From contig CANQNC010000004.1 of the NCBI GenBank assembly GCA_947625145.1, forward strand, positions 11,107 through 75,106: a stretch of 64,000 nucleotides of DNA, written 5' to 3'. Both the position numbers and the translations under genes were made by a program. Position 1 is the stretch's first letter, and each line of letters begins with the position of its first letter. The notes under the pieces are model-generated. The model searched no databases, was not told where the DNA came from, and saw nothing but the letters and a program-made list of their open reading frames with translations. Of this stretch, positions 33,592 through 41,840 are shown piece by piece. Origin of the DNA: an uncultured Clostridia bacterium (lineage in GTDB: Bacteria; Bacillota; Clostridia; Christensenellales; CAG-917).

Positions 33592-34452
33592 TCACTTGCT
33601 TACAAACACGATGCCCACGGTGCCGGGGCCCGCGTGCACGCCGATGACGGGTCCGACGGGCTGTCTCCAGATCTCGCCGACGTTCGGGAAGTTTTCCCTT
33701 ATGCGCTGTTCGAGGTCGTCCGCCGCCGCCTTGTTGTCCGCGTCGAGGATGCAGATGGGCACGCCCTCCATGCCCGAGTAGTTTTCCGCAAACACGTCGT
33801 ACATAAACCTGTACGCCCTCTTGACTCCGTTTTGCTTTGAGCAGACGTCAAGTTTGCCGTCCACGACGGTCAGCACGGGCTTTATGTTCATCAAATTGCC
33901 TATCTTCGCTTTTGCGGGAGATATCCTTCCCCCTCTTGCGAGATATTTCATGTCCTCGACCACAAAATACACCTTCGTCCTGTTGACGAGCCCTTCGAGA
34001 TATTCATACGTGGCGTCGATGTCGTCGCCGTGTTCGCGGCAATACTTTGCGCCGAGATACACCAACAGCCCCGTGCCCACGCAGATGCTCAGCGTGTCGA
34101 AGCGGCGATATTTTACGTTGGGATATTCGGTCTTCAAGCGGTTGATGGCAAGCTCCAAATATTCAAACGTCCCCGACAATTTCGAGGAAAAGGCTATGTA
34201 CAGTATGTCCTCTCCCTTTTCGAACGCGGGCTTGAAATATTCATAATACGCTTCCTCGTTCAGCCCCGCGGTGGACGCGGTGGCGCCCGCTTTCATCGCG
34301 TCGAAAAACGCCTTTGCGTCAAACGTCTCGCCAAGATCTGCCAATTCCTCTTTGCCGTCCAAGATATACGGCATGCGGATGACGTTCAGCCCGAGCCCTT
34401 GCGCGTGTGTGTACCAAAGTTCGCCGTCCGTATCGCAAAAAATTGTTGCCAT
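33592..34452 (-). CDS. DegV-family fatty-acid-binding protein
   Basis: ATG 34452 lies 5 nt after GGAGG. It has the DegV layout (FCDTDGELW..., FSSKLSGTFEY, EDMKYLARGGRISPAKAKIGNLMNIKPVL). Confidence 0.85.
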   Translation of the reverse strand: MATIFCDTDGELWYTHAQGLGLNVIRMPYILDGKEELADLGETFDAKAFFDAMKAGATASTAGLNEEAYYEYFKPAFEKGEDILYIAFSSKLSGTFEYLELAINRLKTEYPNVKYRRFDTLSICVGTGLLVYLGAKYCREHGDDIDATYEYLEGLVNRTKVYFVVEDMKYLARGGRISPAKAKIGNLMNIKPVLTVVDGKLDVCSKQNGVKRAYRFMYDVFAENYSGMEGVPICILDADNKAAADDLEQRIRENFPNVGEIWRQPVGPVIGVHAGPGTVGIVFVSK

Positions 34453-34477
34453 AAAAGCCTCCAAAGAGTTTTTTTAT

Positions 34478-34507
34478 AGTTTAGCCCAAATCCGCCGCGT
34501 TTGTCAA
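34478..34507 (-). promoter_or_regulatory. candidate degV promoter
   Basis: On the minus strand: TTGACA (34507-34502), 18-nt spacer, TAAACT (34483-34478). Confidence 0.4.
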
Positions 34508-34511
34508 CAAC

Positions 34512-34539
34512 TTGACATCAACCCCTTTTTGCATAAAAT
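34512..34539 (+). promoter_or_regulatory. candidate divergent promoter (long leader to the protease gene)
   Basis: TTGACA (34512-34517), 16-nt spacer, TAAAAT (34534-34539). It sits back-to-back with the degV -35 element. Confidence 0.4.
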
Positions 34540-34857
34540 GCGGAAACATCGCCGCGCTACTCCGCGCCTATCCGCGCAAATTTCATTCAAGCTCATTCTA
34601 TGCAAATTTGAAGTCGAACCTCTCCACGTGGATTTTCGGGACGAGAGTATTCCGCAAGGGCGAACGCGTTACGAATACTTTCAGAGGTCAAGCGCTAATG
34701 CGGAAATTTCAAAGGCAAGCGCGATAAACATAAATTTGAGATGATGCAAATTCCGCATAAATTTAGAGGAATTTTAATATTTAATAGTAGTTTAATTTAT
34801 AGGGAATAATATTTCATAAACAATACCAAAAGCGCAATGCGCCAAATTGAGGACCAT

Positions 34858-35982
34858 ATGGACGATTTCAACAACTTTTTCGATGAAAGGCCGCGTTACC
34901 CCGAGCCCGAAAAGACCCCCGTGTATCACACGCCGGAAAAAAAATCTCACAACAACTTTTTGCTGATACTCAGCATAATCGTGGCGGTCGTGATGACCGC
35001 GCTGGTGATCGTAAACGTCGTGCTTCTCGCGTCCCTCAAAAACACCATCGCGGACGAATACGCCGAAAAGATCGCCGAACAGATGAGGCAGAGCTATTCG
35101 GACGCGATAGATTCCTTCCTGTCCGAAGAGGGTATCGTGGAAAACATAACAGGGTCGGCGACTCAGCAGGCAATGGACGCGCTGAAGTCCTCCATAGGCG
35201 AGATCGCCGCGACGCACACCCCAAGCGTGGCGCGGATATTTATGTACACAAACGCGACGGACGCGACAAGCAAAGCGGCGTCCATGGCAACCGCGTTTTT
35301 GATAAGCGACGCCACGGATGAGTCCCCGCAACGCTATCTCGTGACAAACGCGCACTGCGTAAGATACGTGGCGACGACAAAGACGACGGGCGGGCTTTTC
35401 GGTACGGAAGTCACAAGAAAATCTTGGGCGAGCTATGGGAAGATCCTCGCGGTGTTCGACGGCGACGCGACAAATTACAAACTCGAGATCGTGGCGTACG
35501 GCGCGTACAAGGACGACGACATGAACGCGGAAAAAGATCAGCCCGACCTCGCGATACTGAAAATAAGCGGCACTCAGCCCTCAAACGAGGAGCACCCCTC
35601 CCTCAAACTCGCCGACAGCGACTATCTGAAAAACGGCACGGCGATCGCTCTGATCGGCAATCCTCAAAACATAGGCAAAACCGCGTCCATCTCCACGGGC
35701 TGCGTGTCTCAGACGGGCATAGAGATATCGTCATGGGGGAAGGGCTCCTTCATCCTCACGGACGCCGCCGTCAACAGCGGAAATTCGGGCGGCCCCATGA
35801 TCAACTCTCTTGGAGTCGTCGTGGGCGTGGTCGAGTCGAAGATCGTCAGCGAGGAAATAGACAACATGGGCTTCGCGCTGTCCGCCTCCACCCTGCACGA
35901 CTTCATCATTTGGGCGCAAAAGGCGGAAAACAACGTGCAAAACAGGACTTTGAATATCCCATGCACCTACATCATGGGCTGA
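34858..35982 (+). CDS. membrane-anchored trypsin-like serine protease (S1C/HtrA-like, no PDZ recognised)
   Basis: Catalytic Ser motif NSGNSGGPMIN and His region LVTNAHCV. The N-terminal TM is LLILSIIVAVVMTALVIVNVVLLA. ATG 34858 follows GAGGA (alternative ATG at 34837 has no RBS). Confidence 0.8.
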   Translation: MDDFNNFFDERPRYPEPEKTPVYHTPEKKSHNNFLLILSIIVAVVMTALVIVNVVLLASLKNTIADEYAEKIAEQMRQSYSDAIDSFLSEEGIVENITGSATQQAMDALKSSIGEIAATHTPSVARIFMYTNATDATSKAASMATAFLISDATDESPQRYLVTNAHCVRYVATTKTTGGLFGTEVTRKSWASYGKILAVFDGDATNYKLEIVAYGAYKDDDMNAEKDQPDLAILKISGTQPSNEEHPSLKLADSDYLKNGTAIALIGNPQNIGKTASISTGCVSQTGIEISSWGKGSFILTDAAVNSGNSGGPMINSLGVVVGVVESKIVSEEIDNMGFALSASTLHDFIIWAQKAENNVQNRTLNIPCTYIMG

Positions 35983-36063
35983 TGTCCGCAGAGCTGTGAA
36001 GCAAACCTATTCCGTTTCCGTATCAAAATCAAAAAACTTCTTAAAACGTCATCTTAAAACGTC

Positions 36064-36091
36064 AAAAGCTCCGCTTGTGCGGAGCTTTTTT
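36064..36091. terminator. bidirectional terminator between convergent genes
   Basis: AAAAGCTCCGC-TTGT-GCGGAGCTTTTTT. Confidence 0.7.
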
Positions 36092-36116
36092 AAAGCATTT
36101 TCAAAATCCTTTTTCC

Positions 36117-36593
36117 TCAATAGCCTCTTGCGATGCTCATGATCTTGTAGTGTCCCATCATCACAACGTCGTCTCGCCTGTAAACGTTTGCCCAACCCGT
36201 CGTGTCCATCGCGGACTCATCGCCATTGTCCATAAGCGCCTTTTGCTCTATCACAAAATCCTTGCACCTCTGTTCCACCCATTTTGCGCTGAGGTTGTCG
36301 CGGCAATAGAAGATATACAGCCTATGCTCGTTTGCTATCTCCTCTCCCGTTTCGGGGTCCGTCTCGGGCACGGACAGAGTGGCGAGCAAGGTGGTTGGCT
36401 TGCTGTACTCCCGCGGCAGATCGTTGGTGATGGGATCGTTGCGCGGCGTTGTGACGACGGCGCCCTTGTCCCTCAGCCTGTCCATCACATTTGTCTCTTT
36501 AAGCCCAATGGAAAGACAGCCTGTAAACACACAAGCGATAAGAGCCGCCAAAACGAGCGCGGACGCGATCAAAGCAAATTTCTTTGTACTCAT
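36117..36593 (-). CDS. hypothetical lipoprotein (158 aa)
   Basis: Start is ATG 36593: MSTKKFALIASALVLAALIACVFTGC, with lipobox FTGC. I recognise no family. Confidence 0.6.
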   Translation of the reverse strand: MSTKKFALIASALVLAALIACVFTGCLSIGLKETNVMDRLRDKGAVVTTPRNDPITNDLPREYSKPTTLLATLSVPETDPETGEEIANEHRLYIFYCRDNLSAKWVEQRCKDFVIEQKALMDNGDESAMDTTGWANVYRRDDVVMMGHYKIMSIARGY

Positions 36594-36706
36594 ACTAATA
36601 TGATAGATTTTATTGTCGTTTTTGTCAATACCATTTCTTGAGCACTGCCATAATTTTACACGTATCACCGCAAGCACCGCGCACACAATAAGATCGGGAG
36701 GGAATT

Positions 36707-36841
36707 ATGAAACACTCAATTTGGATTGGCGCTATGCTCGGAATTGTCACTGCCACTGCCTTGTATTGCAGTACGTCAAACAATTCGCTTAAAAAAGCAA
36801 AACGTGCGCTGGTGAACAAAATCGAAGACATCATCATGTAA
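36707..36841 (+). CDS. candidate 44-aa small membrane protein
   Basis: Not in the ORF track because it is under 60 aa. GGGAGGG lies 5 nt upstream of ATG 36707. Translation is MKHSIWIGAMLGIVTATALYCSTSNNSLKKAKRALVNKIEDIIM. A strong hairpin follows. Confidence 0.4.
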   Translation: MKHSIWIGAMLGIVTATALYCSTSNNSLKKAKRALVNKIEDIIM

Positions 36842-36868
36842 AGGAAAAGTCTTGTTCAATTACCTCTT

Positions 36869-36920
36869 AAATACGATACGTGTTTTGACATCTATGTAAA
36901 ACACGTATCGTATTATATTT
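36869..36920 (+). terminator. 17-bp hairpin (probable terminator of the small ORF)
   Basis: AATACGATACGTGTTTT (36869-36885) pairs with AAAACACGTATCGTATT (36897-36913), followed by an AT-rich tail. Confidence 0.45.
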
Positions 36921-37197
36921 GTCCTTAAATATCCTCAAAAACGCCCTAAATATGGTTTTAACAACACGTATTGTGTTTTTATATGTATCCGCCGCAACTC
37001 CTCCCCTCCTAAAAACGTCCCGTCCAAGCATGCAATGGCTATGCCCTATATTTTCGGTTCAATGCAAAAGATATTCCTGCAAAACAGGTCTCCACGGACT
37101 ATATTTAGAAAAAGACAATTTGACAAATGGGGCTTAGGCAGACGGGTTTTTGTGAAAGTGTGTTTCGGCATACACGACCGGACAGACGAGATTTCGA

Positions 37198-37227
37198 CAA
37201 ACAAAAAGCGCGGACATCCGTCCGCGC
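37198..37227 (-). terminator. nifU terminator
   Basis: On the minus strand: GCGCGGAC-GGAT-GTCCGCGC followed by TTTTTGTTTG. Confidence 0.65.
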
Positions 37228-37244
37228 GTCGCGATGAAGTTGTC

Positions 37245-37622
37245 TCACTTTTTCGCTCTGTTTTGCTCGTAGTTTTCAATGGCGGCGCGAATTGCGTCCT
37301 CCGCAAGCACCGAGCAATGTATCTTTTGCGGGGGAAGCCCTTCGAGCTCCTCAATGACTTGCTTGTTTGTCAACTGCAAAGCCTCTTCTATGGTCTTGCC
37401 GATAATCATCCCCGTTGCCGTCGAGCTGGAAGCGACAGCCGCCGCGCAGCCGAAGGTCTTGAATTTGGCGTCCTCTATGATCCCGTCGTCGTTTATGCGC
37501 ATCGTGATCTGCATGATATCCCCGCAGACCTCGTTGCCAACCGTGCCTATTGCGTTGTAATTTTCCACCTCTCCCATGTGCTGAGGATTGGCAAATACGT
37601 CCATAACCTTTTGATTGTACAT
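37245..37622 (-). CDS. nifU: Fe-S cluster assembly scaffold protein NifU/IscU
   Basis: Start is ATG 37622 after AAGGAGCAAGAGG. Sequence MYNQKVMDVFANPQHMGEV...VCGDIMQ...FGCAAAVASSS...KIHCSVLAEDAI carries the three conserved Cys. Confidence 0.9.
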   Translation of the reverse strand: MYNQKVMDVFANPQHMGEVENYNAIGTVGNEVCGDIMQITMRINDDGIIEDAKFKTFGCAAAVASSSTATGMIIGKTIEEALQLTNKQVIEELEGLPPQKIHCSVLAEDAIRAAIENYEQNRAKK

Positions 37623-37665
37623 ACCTCTTGCTCCTTTGCCTTTTATTGTTTCCCGAAAACAGATT

Positions 37666-38832
37666 TCAATGCTTATTGTAAAGCGGAGACATCGCCCTGA
37701 GCCTGCCCACAATTCTTACAAGTTGGTCTAATGTATAGTCCACCTCTTGCATTGTGTTGTGTTTGCCGAATGTGAAGCGAATGGATCCGTGCGCGGTGCC
37801 GACCGGCACTCCGATCGCAAGCAACGTCCTTGACGGCTCAAGCGACCCCGATGAACATGCCGACCCCGAGGACGCGCTTATGCCCGCAAGGTCGAGGGAG
37901 AAAAGAATGGACTCCCCTTCGATAAACCTGAAGCTGAAGTTCGCGTTGTTGGGCAACCGCTTTGAAAAATCCTTGGCGCCGTTGAAATAGATGTCGTCTA
38001 TCTCGTTCAGCACTCCTTCCACAAAGTGGTCGCGCATGCTCCTTATATGCGCGTTGTCCTCCTCCAAGGTTTCAAGCGCCTCTTTGAGCGCCTCCGCCAG
38101 ACCCACGACCCCGGGAGTGTTTGTGGTGCCGCCTCTGTGCGCTCTCTCCTGCTCCCCGCCCGTGATGAATTTTTCCATCTTCAAGCCGTTGCGCAGATAC
38201 AGCGCGCCCACGCCTTTGGGACCGTAAAACTTGTGCGCGGACATGGAAAGCATGTCAACGCCAAGCTCCTTGACGTCGTATCTTATCGCGCCCGTCGCCT
38301 GTACGGCGTCGGTGTGGAAGATCACCCCGTGCCTGTGCGCGATCTCGGCAAGCTGTTTGATCGGCTCGACTGTGCCTATTTCGTTGTTTGCAAACATGAC
38401 GCTTGCAAGGATTGTGTCGTCGCGTATGGCTTTTTCAAAGTCCTCGCAAGAGACGAAGCCCTCGTTGTCCACGGGTAGGTACGTGACCTCGAAGCCCAAC
38501 TTTTCAAGCTGTTTGCATGTGGTGTATACCGCGGGATGCTCGATTTGAGTTGTGATCAGATGCTTGCCCTTGTCGCGATATTGCATCGCCGCGCCCTTGA
38601 TCGCCCAATTGTCCGCCTCGGTACCGCAGGACGTGAAATAAACCTCTCCCGTCTTTGCGCCTATCAAAGAAGCGATGGTCTGCCGCGCCTCGCCGACTGC
38701 CTTCGCCGCGTCCCTGCCGAACACGTGTTGGGAGTTGGGATTGCCAAATACGTCGCAAAAATAGGGCTTCATCGCCTCGAACGCCCTTTCGGAAAGCGGA
38801 GTTGTGGCCGCATGGTCAAGATAAATGCTCAT
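37666..38832 (-). CDS. nifS: cysteine desulfurase NifS
   Basis: 388-aa ORF starting MSIYLDHAATTP, with PLP-Lys region SMSAHKFYGPKG and active-site SSGSACSSG. Confidence 0.9.
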   Translation of the reverse strand: MSIYLDHAATTPLSERAFEAMKPYFCDVFGNPNSQHVFGRDAAKAVGEARQTIASLIGAKTGEVYFTSCGTEADNWAIKGAAMQYRDKGKHLITTQIEHPAVYTTCKQLEKLGFEVTYLPVDNEGFVSCEDFEKAIRDDTILASVMFANNEIGTVEPIKQLAEIAHRHGVIFHTDAVQATGAIRYDVKELGVDMLSMSAHKFYGPKGVGALYLRNGLKMEKFITGGEQERAHRGGTTNTPGVVGLAEALKEALETLEEDNAHIRSMRDHFVEGVLNEIDDIYFNGAKDFSKRLPNNANFSFRFIEGESILFSLDLAGISASSGSACSSGSLEPSRTLLAIGVPVGTAHGSIRFTFGKHNTMQEVDYTLDQLVRIVGRLRAMSPLYNKH

Positions 38833-38859
38833 AGCCGCCTCACAAAGTCATTTGCAAAT

Positions 38860-38923
38860 ATATGAAAAATCTTTCATATTTTGCGCTATATAATGGTATA
38901 TCACAGCGCGCGGAAAATGTCAA
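38860..38923 (-). promoter_or_regulatory. candidate nifSU promoter plus palindromic operator
   Basis: On the minus strand: TTGACA (38923-38918), 17-nt spacer, TATACC (38900-38895). An 8-4-8 palindrome ATATGAAA-N4-TTTCATAT (38860-38879) lies in the 5' UTR. Confidence 0.4.
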
Positions 38924-38940
38924 CGGATTGCGTCAAATTG

Positions 38941-39684
38941 TCACTCTTCCTCGTCGTCCAGAGTGATGTTTGCGTTGTGATAGATGTTTTGCACGTCGTC
39001 AAGTTCTTCCAGCTTGTCGAACAACTTCAAAAGCGTGGACTGCTGTTCGGGCGTGGGATCCACATAGTTGTCGGGGATCATGGAGACCTCTGCGGAGAGG
39101 ATCTTCACTCCCGCCGCCTCGAGCGCGTTCCGCACGGACTGAAGGGACGCGGGATCCGCGTAGACTTCAAACACCTCTTCGTCCTCGCTGTTGATGTCCT
39201 CCGCGCCCGCGTCGAGGGCAAAGAGCATGAGGTCGTCCTCGCTCACGTCCGCCTTTGCGATGGTGATGATGCCTTTGCGCTTGAACATGAAGGATACGCA
39301 ACCCGTGGTGCCCATCGAGCCGCCGAACTTGTCGAAGAGGTGGCGTACGTCGCCCGCGGTGCGGTTTTTGTTGTCGGTCAGTGCCTCCACGATTATTGCC
39401 GTTCCGCCGACTCCGTAACCCTCGTAGACCATATCCTCGTAGTTTATGGTGCTCAACTCGCCGCTCGCCTTTTTGATACTGCGGCTTATGTTGTCGTTGG
39501 GCATGTTGTTGTCCTTGGCTTTTGCGATCGCCTGCGCAAGTTTGCTGTTGCTCGCGGGGTCGGGACCGCCCTCTTTGACCGCGACCGCTATCTCACGCCC
39601 GATCTTGGTGAAGATATTGGCTCTTGCGGCGTCGGTTTTGCCTTTTTTTTGCTGTATGTTGTGCCATTTGCTGTGTCCGCTCAT
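38941..39684 (-). CDS. yebC: YebC/PmpR-family DNA-binding transcriptional regulator
   Basis: 247-aa ORF starting [35 protein letters not shown]. Confidence 0.9.
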   Translation of the reverse strand: MSGHSKWHNIQQKKGKTDAARANIFTKIGREIAVAVKEGGPDPASNSKLAQAIAKAKDNNMPNDNISRSIKKASGELSTINYEDMVYEGYGVGGTAIIVEALTDNKNRTAGDVRHLFDKFGGSMGTTGCVSFMFKRKGIITIAKADVSEDDLMLFALDAGAEDINSEDEEVFEVYADPASLQSVRNALEAAGVKILSAEVSMIPDNYVDPTPEQQSTLLKLFDKLEELDDVQNIYHNANITLDDEEE

Positions 39685-39692
39685 AATAACTC

Positions 39693-40445
39693 CTATAAAA
39701 CTCGATACATTGCGACAGCCGCTGCGACCGCCACATTCAAAGATTCCATTCCGTTTTTCATGGGGAGAGACCTTATGTTGCGCGCCGCCTTTCTGATCTC
39801 CTCTCTCACGCCGTGCGCTTCGCTTCCGAGCACAAGGAGCACGGGAGGAGCGGGTGGAAATTCCAACAGGTTTTCCCCATCCATGTCAAGCACCACGCTG
39901 CTTTCTGATCTTGCAAGCGTAAGCGCGGTTTCGAAATCTATCTCATGTACTCGCACGCTGAAGATCCCGCCGAGAGTTGCGCGGATTACCTTGGGCGCGT
40001 ACGCGTCTACGCAGTCAAGCGCGTATATGTCCGAAAATCCGCACGCCGCCGCCGTCCGAACGATGGTCCCCATATTGCCTGGGTCCGCCACGCCGTCCAG
40101 CAACAGCGCGTTGCCCTCGGGCATACGGAAGCCGACGTCGGGCATTTCCAAAACCGCGGCGATGCCATACGGAGTGACGGTGTCGGACAGTTGGTCCATG
40201 ACGCTTTCCGTCACGCAAAAGCCCTCGGTCTCCCCTTGCGCGCCGAACTTGTTGAGCAGTTCTTCCGCCTCGTCCTTGCGCGCGGGCGTATAAAATAAGG
40301 ATCTGACCTTGGCGTATGGCGGGATATCCCTGATGAGATTTATCCCTTCCGCAAGGAAAAGCCCCGTCTCCAGCCTGTACTTCTTTTGAGACAATGAGCG
40401 CGCGAGCTTGACGTGTTGATTTTGCGAGGATGTGATGATTTCCAC
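39693..40445 (-). CDS. TrmH/SpoU-family RNA 2'-O-methyltransferase
   Basis: 250-aa ORF with SpoU motifs [28 protein letters not shown] and [18 protein letters not shown]. Confidence 0.8.
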   Translation of the reverse strand: MEIITSSQNQHVKLARSLSQKKYRLETGLFLAEGINLIRDIPPYAKVRSLFYTPARKDEAEELLNKFGAQGETEGFCVTESVMDQLSDTVTPYGIAAVLEMPDVGFRMPEGNALLLDGVADPGNMGTIVRTAAACGFSDIYALDCVDAYAPKVIRATLGGIFSVRVHEIDFETALTLARSESSVVLDMDGENLLEFPPAPPVLLVLGSEAHGVREEIRKAARNIRSLPMKNGMESLNVAVAAAVAMYRVL

Positions 40446-40504
40446 TGTCCTAAATGAAAAGACCCTTAGGAGCAGGCAGACCGCCCGCCTCTAAGGATCC
40501 AACG

Positions 40505-40858
40505 TCATGCAAGCGCCGCTTTTGCGCTTTCGCAGAGCGCGCTGAACGCCTTGGGGTCGCTGATGGCGATCTCGCTGAGCACCTTACGATTGAGGTCGAT
40601 GCCCGCGACTTTGAGGCCGTGCATCAACACGGAATAGCTCATGCCGTTGATGCGAGCCGCGGCGTTGATCCTTGCGATCCACAACTTCCTGAAATCGCGT
40701 TTTTTCTGCTTTCTGCCGACGTATGCGTACACGCCGCTTTTGAGCATCTGCTGCTTGGCTACTCTGTAAAGCGCATGCTTTCCGCCATAGTAGCCTTTTG
40801 CTTGTTTCATTATTTTTCTGCGTTTTTTCAATGCGTTGACCGCTCTTTTTATTCTCAT
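40505..40858 (-). CDS. rplT: 50S ribosomal protein L20
   Basis: 117-aa [30 protein letters not shown]...[16 protein letters not shown]. Confidence 0.95.
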   Translation of the reverse strand: MRIKRAVNALKKRRKIMKQAKGYYGGKHALYRVAKQQMLKSGVYAYVGRKQKKRDFRKLWIARINAAARINGMSYSVLMHGLKVAGIDLNRKVLSEIAISDPKAFSALCESAKAALA

Positions 40859-40870
40859 AACGGCACCTCC

Positions 40871-41068
40871 TTATTTGTAGGGCAAGAGTCTTTTGACTTC
40901 TGCGGATCTTGTCTCGTCGATGTACTCGATCGAGCGCAAATCTCTCTTCCTCTTGCGGCTCTTCTTGGTCAGAAGATGGCTGTGCGCGGAGTGGCCTCTT
41001 TTATACAGACCGTTTGCTGTAACGCGGAAACGCTTTTTTGCGCCGCTGTGTGTTTTTTGTTTTGGCAT
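40871..41068 (-). CDS. rpmI: 50S ribosomal protein L35
   Basis: 65-aa [40 protein letters not shown]. Confidence 0.95.
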   Translation of the reverse strand: MPKQKTHSGAKKRFRVTANGLYKRGHSAHSHLLTKKSRKRKRDLRSIEYIDETRSAEVKRLLPYK

Positions 41069-41114
41069 AGTTTGCCTCCTATATCATTTTTGCCAAGCGA
41101 ATGCTTGAAACGGT

Positions 41115-41639
41115 TTACTTTTTGGCGGGAGCGAGAATGGTGAAGATCATCCTGCCCTCCTGAGTCGGAGCCTTTTCCACCGCGATCTGCGTTTCGGTCG
41201 CGCCGCGGACAAGCTCGATATAATCCTCGACAATTTTTATTGCGATCTCGGGATGCGCCTGCTGTCTGCCTTTCAGCCTGATGGACGCCTTCACCTTGTT
41301 GCCTTTTTCAATAAATTTTGCCGTCTGCTGAGCAAGCCTCGTCGTGTCGCCGATGTCGATCGTCGCCGACAACCTGATCTCCTTGATCTCGGTGACGGTC
41401 TGATTTTTTTTGATCTCCTTTTCCTTTTTCAGCTGATCGTAGCGGTATTTGCCGTAGTCCATCAGCTTGCAGGTGGGAGGCACAACTCCTTGCGGGGTCA
41501 TTTTCACGAGGTCTAGCCCTTTTTCCTCTGCAATTGCGCGCGCCTCTCTGATGGGAAGGACGCCGTAGGCTTGTCCGTCCTCGCCGATAAGGCGCACTTC
41601 CTTATCACGGATCTGATCGTTGATGAAAAGTTCTTTCAA
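41115..41639 (-). CDS. infC: translation initiation factor IF-3
   Basis: INDQIRDKEVRLIGEDGQAYGVL... A TTG start at 41639 lies 6 nt after AAGGAG (the track start at 41672 has no RBS). A non-AUG start is typical of infC. Confidence 0.9.
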   Translation of the reverse strand: MKELFINDQIRDKEVRLIGEDGQAYGVLPIREARAIAEEKGLDLVKMTPQGVVPPTCKLMDYGKYRYDQLKKEKEIKKNQTVTEIKEIRLSATIDIGDTTRLAQQTAKFIEKGNKVKASIRLKGRQQAHPEIAIKIVEDYIELVRGATETQIAVEKAPTQEGRMIFTILAPAKK

Positions 41640-41820
41640 ATGTCGCTCCTTTACGTTTATTTTGATCAACAAAAGATGTCGGGCAAGAGTCGCCCGACAT
41701 CAAAAGCGGAAAATGCTTCCGCGTTTTTCAATGTGATTGCCATGTCGCGAAGCGGCGATGGCGAAAGGACGACCTTTTCTTGCTTTATGTATATTATCAA
41801 AAACTCACGTCCTATGTCAA
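41640..41820 (-). promoter_or_regulatory. infC operon promoter and attenuator-type leader (L20-leader-like position)
   Basis: On the minus strand: TTGACA (41820-41815), 18-nt spacer, TAATAT (41796-41791). Then come hairpins GCGGAAGCATTTTCCGC+TTTT and GATGTCGGGCGACTCTTGCCCGACATC+TTTT before the RBS. Confidence 0.5.
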
Positions 41821-41840
41821 CCGTTTTGCGGGAAAAACTT

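Noticed and set aside
36625-36837. 70-aa minus-strand ORF
   Set aside because: It has no RBS and an implausible sequence, and it overlaps a plus-strand 44-codon ORF that has a strong RBS and a transmembrane helix. Neither is certain, but the plus-strand ORF is the better candidate.
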